From contig CDRNST010000015.1 of NCBI GenBank assembly GCA_977016875.1, positions 4,774,001 to 4,838,000 of the forward strand: DNA of 64,000 nucleotides. Direction: 5' to 3'. The notes under the pieces are model-generated. The model searched no databases and was not told where the DNA came from. It saw only the letters and a program-made list of their open reading frames with translations. The position numbers and the translations under genes are program-made. This DNA comes from Pavona decussata (Eukaryota). Positions 54,201 through 64,000 of the stretch are shown piece by piece (within the stretch, counting starts at the first letter, position 1; every line of letters begins with the position of its first letter).

Positions 54201-57200
54201 GAAAGGTGTAAGTGTTGGTTTCGGAGCCGTGTTCGATCATCAAACTTGTATTTGTTTCCCCGAGGCAAGCGCAAATAACAATCACTATTTAAATAGAATT
54301 TAATGCCGGATGAGAATATGGATTTATTGACCACTCACTGATATCATTTTCTTTGTTCACTAATGCCTTGCAGTAGCCATCGGTTCTCATCCAGACCATT
54401 CCGCTCAGTCATGCAAACACATCTGGGACGTTGGAATCTCCAACAAAAACGGATGGCACTGGATCGACCCCGAGAGAACTGGCAACCCTTTAAAAGTCTA
54501 CTGTGACTTAACAACTGATGGAGGTAGGTCTGGGATAACGCTTCTCTGTAAGAGACACTGAAGCCCCCCCCCCCCCCCCTCTCTTCCCCCACCGCTGCCC
54601 CCCAGTAGGGTGAATGCAATGGCTCCTGGACTTAACATCTAATGGAGAGTGCAATGCCAATGGCATGGGTTCACCACAAACAGAACTGAGGGCACCAGGC
54701 CGCCAAATTCGACGGGGCAAAAAAGCCTCCCAAAATTGTGCCCAAATGAACCATGTGTTTCTTGCACAAAATAATCAGCACGTATTCCATGCAAAGAAAT
54801 GTCAAAGAACACATTTTCATCGGTTCTTAGTTTCCTAAGGTTTAACCCGTGCACCCTGTTTGGGTTTAACTAAAGTTACCTTCTGTTGGTTTTGATCTTC
54901 CAATTTCTCTACTATCGTTACATAACCAAAATAGTTATTTTATAGTGAGCATTGTCTTGACCATAATTAATAGCCTTTGTGTGACCCTAGCACCATTTAC
55001 GTTCTTTTGTTTTGGATATTCAAAGCGTAAATTGCTAGACAAAAACAGAGGAGCAATCACACTACCAAGATAACTCACTACAGTTACCACTGTCTTAAAC
55101 TGAAGACCAAATATAGTTCCTCGCGAAGCGAGTTTAATTAATTTGTTTGCCGGAGCTAAGCAGCGCGAGTTCGAGCAAATATATATATATATAAACAATA
55201 ACACAAACTGCAAGGCTGATACTATGTGAAAAAGTTGACTACAATAGCCTGCATTTGGCGCGAAAATATGCTCAGATATTTGTACGCGGACATTATCTGT
55301 TCCAAAAACCTTACTGATTTCCGAGAGCGAAGCTCGAGGAAAACTGTGAGCTTCGAGGAACAGATAATGTCCGAGGGAAAATATTTGAGCATAGCTTTAA
55401 AGTCAAATGGAGGCTATTGTGTTTATTGTCCTTCAGATATTTTTCGCAACACGCGGGATCTGCCAGTCTGTCATATGTCAAGCACGTCAACGTTTGTCAA
55501 TTGGCTTTCAAAATCCCCCCGTCTTTCAATATTCAGATTTCTCTTCAGTCAAAAGCATATGATTGTGGAAAAAGTACAACATTTGCCTGAAAGGAAAAGC
55601 AACTTTTTTAATTCCGTGAAAGAAAAAGGCAAGATACAAGTGGTGGATAAGGTTACAGGAAATCTTACTACTTTTCAACAACAACCATGGGAAACATGTT
55701 TGATAAGCTCACATCTGCCATAAATGCCATTTCTCAAGGAAAACCCACCGTCAAGCCTGGTAAATTTTGCGTAGATCATAATGAGAAAGATTGGCGCGCG
55801 CTTCTCGCTTCGAGTCTCCAAGCGGAATTCGAACAGTCGGCGATGAACTGGGTCGGCTAGGCTTGTGGCGCGACCGCGCATATAGAAGGGAAGGGTTGTT
55901 CCTGTGCTTTTGTCTTAACGTTTTTCTACCGTTTTCTTTTTCGCAGGAAAGCCCTTTGTCTCGTGCAAGGAAATTTACAATAACCACAAGTAAGTCAAAA
56001 ACATTTTGGAGACAACCGTTGTCTCAGGAGCATTAACCCAGGAGATGCGGAAGCGTTAAACATCTTTTATTGATTCTACGTCGATTTTAGCAGTTATATA
56101 ATAATGGCACAACTCAAAATATGTTAAAGGAGGGATATAATGTTTTTTTCATGCACGGCTCATACTGATATTGCGAAATTTTTAACAGAGCTGCATTTAG
56201 TGAAAAACCTGACAATGTTTTGATTTTTATGTTTTTAAGCGAGCGTTTGGCACCTTTGCCATCTTTGGAAGCAGATTCCCTCCATATCTACGTAAAAAAG
56301 GAAGGAGGGAAAAACTAAATTCATTAACGCCGCAGTAGAATTAAGAATGCTTACAGATATTTGAGGAAAAATCGTTAAAAAATTTAAGTAAAAATTGGAA
56401 TTTTGCCACATTTTTTTTAAACCTTGAGGTGAGTGCAGAAAGGAATACAATTTTCTTGTTACCAGGTCCCAAGGAAACGAAGCTTATTTACTCCAAATGC
56501 CATCTGGAAAGGTTCCTGTGTACTGTCACATGTCACGCCATGGGCTTGGAGCATGTGGAGGAGGTGGATGGACGCTGGTCATGAAAACTGATGGCATTAA
56601 GGTGTCACGTGACAACCAACCGTTTGTCTTTATGTAGGAATATGGACATCAATCTTTATATACAAAAGAAGATCACGTTTATGTTCTTTGTACCTTCAGG
56701 AGCTGTACGAGATACTTGGATCACTCAATTTAACATTTTGACCATCCGCTCTCCGGAAATATAATCGTTCAAATTCTGCTGTCTCAAAATCCTTTGAAAA
56801 TGCTAATAAAGGTCATGAAAGTGATTCTAGACACTCCGAATTCTTTCAAGGCAGACTTATCAAAGTAAGCTTCCAGCTGTTGTTTTTTAAAAGTGGATAT
56901 GTGAATGTGGTAACTTATTAAAATTTTCCTACATGTTTTCCTTTATTTAGTCACCCAGCCAACGTTTCACTTCAAGTCCAAACTCTGGAGTAACAAGAGC
57001 GACTTTAACCTTCCAGGAGGAAAGACCTTGTTTGACAATCATGAAACAAAGCTACCAACCTACTGGAACACATCCTTTTCCAAGATCTGTCTCGGTATGA
57101 AGTTCGGACATCAGACAAAATTCATTGTCATCACCAAGCGCGCCAACTCCCTGTACTCACTGATCGCCGATGGTAATTACCGCGCCACCTCACTGGGTCG

Positions 57201-57477
57201 TAACACGTGGAAGTCGCTTCTCGGTTCTTCTGCATCCTTGCAGTCAATGTGTAACAAAGAAGGGTTCAACATTGTGGGTCCCAATGCTGATTCCCCCAGA
57301 GCCAGAATCGGCATCGTTGCTAATGAACAAAATGACTGCAATTCTCCTGATTCCAGAATCGGTTTTGGTACTGGAGGGTTGCACGACGACTCCAACACGT
57401 GTGGAAACGAAGCTATGTATGGAGGAGATAACGGAGATAAGCACATCAAAGCCATGGGCTACATTCTGGTGCAATAA
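51213..57477 (+). CDS. Gene D: secreted PAN/Apple - partial EGF - COLFI/FReD-type 'SCKHI..WIDP..VYCD' module - USOMP5-like domain, ~426 aa; exons 51213-51327, 51421-51641, 53669-53765, 54374-54523, 55947-55989, 56466-56601, 56959-57477
   Basis: Signal [25 protein letters not shown]; PAN HALVGH..ECQLKC..CKSFN..CELNNKT; [10 protein letters not shown]; [35 protein letters not shown]; [15 protein letters not shown]; [20 protein letters not shown]; terminal exon homologous to A and C. Phases are compatible throughout (1281 nt). N gap at 51744-51948 in intron 2; joining of the two halves is inferred. Confidence 0.7.
55240..55426. repeat. Palindromic interspersed element in the gene D junction intron
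   Basis: ACAATAGCC..GGACATTATCTGTTCC..GGAACAGATAATGTCC..GGCTATTGT. Confidence 0.7.
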
Positions 57478-58427
57478 CAATCACAAGGAACAGGCGCGTA
57501 GCTAAGGTTTCGATAGGGGTGTTCGTTGAGCCCCAAATCTTGCTGAGCGCAGGAACTAGAAACTGAACTTTGTCACAAAGGCCATAAGCCATAAGTATAG
57601 CATAGAACAAAGAAATGTAATCCTTCGATAAGAAAACAGCTTTTTTCAGTTTTAAAAACAACAAACGCAACACAAAAATCTGTACTCGTTATGTTATTCT
57701 GTACTTCACCAAGAAACAAGGATGCAGTGTTAATTAGTTTCTTTATAGAAGAAATAAAATTGGTGATGGGACTGACTTGAGTGGTAAGAGTGTTGACAGA
57801 AAAGAGAATAAGCAAAGTATTTGCCCAACGCAAGAAAATTTAGTTTTTGTGAGTCAATCTTTTAAACTTCATTGTCTTGCGCAATGATCCGCAGTGCACT
57901 CAAATTAATTTTCCATCCAGATCCCTTTCCCACGATAGTCAACTGAAAACTCTGAACTCGCTTGTTAGGGTGTGTAAGATGTTACTCTTGTTTCTCATCG
58001 ATAAATCTAGCGGTTTACTCTTTTACCGCTCGATACTCGCTTGTCGAAAAGGCGCTTTCTAGAGGAGCTTAAGCCGTACCGTATGGTCCATTTGTTTCCT
58101 TTACAAAAATAATATGAATTAACTGCTCTTGTGCACTCGAAAGACACTTATCGATAGAAGCATTTGCGTTGAAAATGTGTTCGAACTCACCAACTCCGAT
58201 TTTTCTGCCATGGCGCGAACCGCTCAACGTAAAAATTTCGCGCCAGAAAAAATTAAGACATTAGTCTCAGTTTTTGATTTTTGTCTAGGCCTCGCTTTTT
58301 CGCTCGGACCACGTGACCCGAAACGGATTGACCGAGATGAAAAACAGAAAGAGGCCTAGGAACTAGGCAAAAGGAACCTTGATGGAAGAGAAAAATGTGC
58401 AAACAAATTTTTACACAGAAGACATTA

Positions 58428-58760
58428 CCGTTGAAGTTTAATTTTTAAGTCACGTGACATGAAATTGATATTATCAACCAGTTTTCGTACGATTGAATAA
58501 TAACCTCCTTTCCTCCAGGAACTACTGTAGTTCAGACAAGCTGGTGATCCACGGCCCTAAAATATGCAAGAGGTTAGTTTAGATCAAGATTTGTCTGCCA
58601 ACCTGCCGAGAAAAATTATGAATAGAATGTTTATGTTTCATTGTTGATCTGAGTTCAACTCCTCAGCCATGCTTGTTACATAGCCAACTGGAATGCTTCC
58701 TACAACTAAAAATTTTCAACAATGTTACCATGTTTCAAGTTGAATTTTTATTTTTTTAAT
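58428..58760 (-). repeat. Inverted copy of the gene A upstream region (~3460-3791)
   Basis: Reverse complement matches across ~330 bp, e.g. CCGTTGAAGTTTAATTTTTAAGTCAC, TGATCCACGGCCCTAAAA and TTGATCTGAGTTCAACTCCTCAGCC. Confidence 0.85.
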
Positions 58761-60717
58761 TTTTTTTAGGAATTTGTCTGAACATCTAGGCATTTCATCT
58801 GTAGTGATCGTATCCTCTTTTCTCGTAACCTGTATGTTTAATCAAGTAGCGATATTGTAAAGGGAAATAAGGTTTTGGTCAGTATTGGATCTTAAAGAGA
58901 TATTGTTTTGTAAACATTTAATTTGTTTTCTAAAATGTGACCTGTGAAATTGAATTGTTTTGGAAAATTCTTAATCATTTCTTGCTTCTTGCCTCATAGA
59001 AATCAATTTTACGTCTGCAAGTATTGTTTGCATGTATACGCAGAAGGTGGCGCCTTTAGGGAAATTGAAGTTCATCTATTTAGTGTTTAAGCACCAATGC
59101 TTCGTCATTTGAAGTGGTCCAGTTTAGCACTGAGACAGCTATTCAATGAATCCAACTGTGCTTTTAGTTTTGATGTTTCGCTTGACATTAACTCGTATAC
59201 CACAAACACAGCAAAGAATGGGTAGACGCTTTTCATCCAACTTGACACGTGTGCGGCCAAGCTTATCGGTATCGAAACAGCCGATACCAGTATCGATAAT
59301 ATCGAGTCCTCGGTATCGATATTCGCCCAGCCTTACTTCTGTTGAATGTTTATTAGCTTACAATCCCCTACCCTTCAAGCAGAGATCTTTTTTTTTACAA
59401 CTGCCATATTTATTATAGGTCATGCTCTTTTAAAATAATGTTAATTCTAACTGATGTTACAGTTAAAAAAATTCTTACCAGTAAACATTCACTTTTCTAT
59501 TTATGCTGTTTGAAACCGGCTAGGAAGAACATGAGTGTTTACGATAAGTGATTTAATATGATTAAGTTCAATGACTATAATCCTTAGATATTCTGTTTCC
59601 AGGACCATCTTTCTCAAATCAAAATCTTTACGCGACCTCGTCAATAGAAAAAGAACCATATGAACCCCTCCACCCCAATCATGAATGCAATTATTCTATT
59701 TTTCGATAATGGTGTCTTAATTTCTGTTGACAGCACCTTCACCCCCTCCACCCCGGTGATGTTATTATCCTTTTTTTTTAGGTTATGATGTCATTGTTTC
59801 GAATTACGTCATTTCTATCTATGACGTCATCGACGTTAATTCATTCCACCGCAAATGAATGAGAATCCACGGCAAAAATTCGGAAACAGTGGTCCCTACC
59901 ACACTACTCGGTTTTATGCGGATCACATACACATGTAATTTAAATGACAATTGTTTTTGAAAACCTTAGAACTTCCTCATAGATGTTTTTGTCTCAAATT
60001 TTGACATGTAACAAAAATCCTGCATCAGCAAAGACAATATAAATCTGTCATTTTTCTTTTTCACACTTTTAGCTGAATATATTTCATGATCACGCTTTTT
60101 ATTCACCCCTTGTCAAAGATTGCAGACTGGCAATCGAAAGGTCGTTTTAACCATTTTTTTAACTTTTAAATAGAGAACGCTTTAAAATATTATATTTACG
60201 TTGTTATTGATTTTTTTTTGGAAAAATAAAACCTGCAGAATCTTCTTTCTTTGGTTTGTATGAATACAAAGATCACATTAAACTGCAACGGAACCTTTCC
60301 TGAGGGATCTCTTTACCTATAAATAAACCAAATTGATCCATTCATGCTAGCCCTCCATTGACTACTTATTTTTACTCTTGCGTTTAATTTTTTTTCTATT
60401 TTTAGCAGCTGTTGTTTTCTTTCATTGTACCCGCGACCCTAAAGAAGACTAGTCGTGAAAAACAATATAGACAGGAACTTGCAATTAATTATTAATTATT
60501 GTTAATTGGAAGAACGAAAACACAAACGTTCCATGCCAGACTGTCGTTAAAAGGGTGCGAAGCACACTCAAATTGTTCCCCCAGATTCACGCACAATTCT
60601 CCAGTACACGAGATTGCTAGTTATTACACCTGTACAAACAGTTTATTAGCTGGTGTTGGGCAATTTAGCACTGGAGTGGGATTTTATGCCGGAGGGTATA
60701 ACAGTATTTGTACCATC

Positions 60718-63700
60718 ATGAAATTGATTTTAATGCTTTGGAGTACAATCGAATTGTTCCCGCGGATCCACGGGCAATTCTGCAGTTCACAAGGTCGGTA
60801 CATTCCGTTAGTTAGTCATTGTTCAACACTAGTAAGGTTTATTGTGATCATGGCATGGATGATTAAACGATGGGTTTTGAAACTGAATGAAACTTTATAA
60901 ATAATACCTTGCAATCCTTGTGATAAGTTAGTTAAAACTTTTTACAACTAGGCCGACAGTTAAGATTTTGAAGAAACTACTTCTGCGTTAACTAAGGTAA
61001 ATTTTTTTCTTGAAAATTGCAACGAATCATCGGTATAGCGATCCAAAAATAGGGTGTTCGCAAAGGGCAATTTGTCGAGCAAGACTTTTGTGTACGAAGT
61101 TCCGCTTGATGATCACGTTTTGTTCTGCGTGTTACCATCTCCGTGCGTAAACATCAGCAAGTTTCTACACCGCAAACGTAGACGCCGGTAGGGTTGAATG
61201 CCAACACGGCCAACCAAATCCTAGTCTTATACTTGAAACTAAAGCAAAGTGGATGGTAGAAGAAAAAGCTTAGTACCAAATGAAAACCTACATGGCTCAA
61301 ATTGCAAATTACCGCGGGCGGCAGCTCTAAATTTTAGCAGGTGATAATGTAAGTATTTTTTAGTTAAAAAAAGGAAATCCTTAACAAAAAGCCCGAAACA
61401 GTTGTCCGTAAACCTTAGCTAAGAAACGTAGTTAGCTTTCTTAGCTTTCAATACCAGTTGTTATTTTATAATTTTCTGATGTTAGCCCGTGACATTTTAA
61501 CGTAGAATGAGAAATTAGGTTGGTAGTAAAGGTTGTAAAACTAAAGGAAAGACTACCATCGACAGCGTGAGTAGAATGTCATAAAATCTCGCTGGTGGCT
61601 TACTGACATTGACAGTAATGATACATGCTAATTACCTTTGGCTGATCTTGTAGAAAAGTTAGCACGGAGAACTTTAGTGATGTCGATTGAAAGCTTCCCT
61701 TTCATTTAAACGGCCCAAAGCAGAATCTGGGTTTAGCAGGTCGACCATTGTCTCAAAAGGCAAAAGTAAAACGAGTGCATTATATCGTTTGCCACGTAAT
61801 TAGTTTTCTTTCCATGATAAAGTCTCTTCTAGCAATATGAGCTTTAATATTTACTTTTTCCAACATATTTGTATTTTAATGTCAACTCTCCACTTCTCAG
61901 ATGATTGTCGCCAACTGGAGTTCATGCCAGACTATAATTATGATGGTAAACGTTTAAAAAATCACACTATACATACCGCTGATGTCATCGTGGAAGGTTC
62001 GTGCCGAACCCTCTGCTACATGGAACCCAACTGTGTCAGTTATAACTTTTTAAAAACAAAAGCGAGCCACAATGGAAGACACCGCTGTGAACTGAACAAT
62101 GCTACTCATGAAGGTGCCAGACACGACAAGCTGGTGAACGAAAAAGATTTTTTCTATCGTGGAGCAAAGGTAATTGAGTTTTGGAGTTACTCAAGTGTTC
62201 GTATAAGCGCTGAATTTAGTTGAACGATTATATTACTGATAAGGTCGGGGCACAATTGCAATGGGGTTCAGGAACAGTTTTTCTCGTTTAACGTCGTCAA
62301 TTTTATGAAAACAAATCTCCCTGAACATGTTGCATAAAATTTCGCTTGTTTGCGTTACTGCGCTATGAAGCGGAGACAATTAGTGAACCAAAATGTCCAA
62401 TGTCGCATGCCGTTACAAAAATATTGCAGTGCACACGAAGAGGAATGTGCCCGATTCATGTTCGCTAGTATACACCGACCTTAATGGAGTTTCAATAAAT
62501 CAAATTTAATAATTATGTGATGTCTAAATCGAAATATAAGGGATGTATTCTCCTTCTTTTTTAGGACACTTGTTTGAAGAATTCTTGCAAGAACAATGCA
62601 ACTTGTCAAACAGGTTTCACTGACAAAGGATATCGCTGTGTATGTGCAGGTGGATTCAAAGGAACGCATTGTGGGGAAAGTAGGAATCTTAACATACTTT
62701 GTTTGTCTGTTTGAACACAAAAATCTAAATAAATCACCATACAGTTCACTAAATCACAAACAATTTGCTTTTAAGCAAGCAATCCTCTTTGACTCTTAAC
62801 AAGGCTTAGATACAAAATTACCCAAAATGGGAAAAAAATATTGCTGGAATTTCCCCCCCAAAATTCTAAAATTCTTGAAAATATTTCTAAATTCTGGAAA
62901 AATTTTAAAACAGTTGATATACATTTTAATAGTATAACAAAAGCATAATGAAGATGTAACAAGAAGGCTGATAACCATAAAACAACTGAAAATTAATAAA
63001 TGGTAAACGTGCGACCATCAAGTTATGGATGCATGCGGAAGATTGCTAAACACGAAAGAAGCGTGAGAATCGCTCGAGGCGTAGTCGAGAGCAACTCTAG
63101 CTGCTTGAGCGCTTAGCAAACCTCCCAAGTGCATCCATAACTCGATGGTGACACAGCTGTATGCGCTGTCGTAAATGCCATTTCTCAAGGGAAACCCGCC
63201 GTCAAGCCTGGTAAATTTTGCGTAGATCATTATGAGAAAGATTGGCGCGCCCCTCTCGCTTCGAGTCTTCATGCGGCACGGTCGGCGATAAACTGAGTCG
63301 GCTAGGCTTGCGGCACGACCGCGCATATAGAAGGGAAGGGTTGTTCTTCCGTGTAGAATAAGTAGGAAAATCTCTAGCTCCAAATGTATTTTTTGCCTTT
63401 CTTTCTGTGCTTGTTTCCTAACGTTTTTCTACCGCTTTCTTTTTGGCAGAAATGTCCTTTGTCTCGTGCAAGGAAATTTACAGTAACCACAAGTAAGTCA
63501 AAAATTCTGGAGAAAATACTTACTGTTGTCTCAGGAGTAATAAGTAAGGAAATGCAGAAGAGTTTAGCATCTTTTATTGCATTCTTTGCCGATTTTAGCA
63601 GTTATACAATAATGGCACATCTCAAGATATGTTAAAAGAGGTATACAATGTTGTTTCATGCACGGATCATACTGATATTGCAAAATTTTAACAGTGTTGG

Positions 63701-64000
63701 CTTTTAGTCAAACACTTAATAAAGTTTTTTTTTTTTTGTTATTCAGCGAGCGTTTCGAGCCTTTGGCATCTTTAGTAGCAGATTCCATCCAAATCTACGT
63801 CAAAAGTAAGGAAGGAAAAAACTAGATTCATTATCGCCGCAATAGAATGCTAACAGATATTTAAGTAAAAATTATTAAAATATTTAAATAGAAATCGGAG
63901 TTTTGTCATATTTTTCTTAGAGCTTAACCAAAGTGCAGAAAGGAATACAATTCTTTTTTTTATCAGGCCCCAAGGAAACAAAGCTTATTTACTCCAAATG
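60718..64000 (+). CDS. Gene E (runs off the window): signal-PAN/Apple-EGF-USOMP5-like; exons 60718-60793, 61901-62169, 62565-62679, 63450-63492, 63967->64000
   Basis: MKLILMLWSTIELFPRIHGQFCSSQ is homologous to exon 1 of A/C; [24 protein letters not shown]; [19 protein letters not shown]; [15 protein letters not shown]; [11 protein letters not shown]. Phases match. No cbEGF exon seen. Confidence 0.82.
63016..63148. repeat. Palindromic interspersed element in gene E intron 3
   Basis: CATCAAGTTATGGATGCA..TGCATCCATAACTCGATG arms. Confidence 0.7.

Noticed and set aside
55226-55723. 165-aa ORF in the gene D junction intron
   Set aside because: It reads through a palindromic repeat, has no recognisable domain, and starts at GTG.

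Overview
Eukaryotic, AT-rich, intron-containing DNA whose gene family and repeat content look like a stony coral (anthozoan); the organism is inferred. The window holds a head-to-tail + strand array of five spliced genes for secreted proteins: signal peptide - PAN/Apple - EGF - [optional phase-1 cassette] - fibrinogen/intelectin-like C-terminal domain of the coral 'uncharacterized skeletal organic matrix protein 5 (USOMP5)-like' type. I reconstructed the exons by hand from GT/AG sites and reading phase. Gene A (4164-19655, 431 aa) and gene C (34020-44216, 432 aa) are complete. Gene B (22521-29084) is a 3'-truncated twin of C inside a near-identical 11.5-kb tandem duplication. Gene D (51213-57477, ~426 aa) looks like an in-frame chimera: a different PAN/EGF/'WIDP' 5' half joined to a USOMP5-like 3' half. 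Gene E (60718 to the window end) lacks the calcium-binding EGF exon. Paralogues are conserved in the framework but vary strongly in loops of the C-terminal domain, including a co-varying Cys pair. The rest is transposon debris: a Gypsy LTR with PBS and gag, LINE fragments, SINEs, many MITEs, a 5-kb nested TIR element, and a Penelope end. There are three N gaps (15300-15554, 49340-49525, 51744-51948). Most ORF-track entries are spurious.
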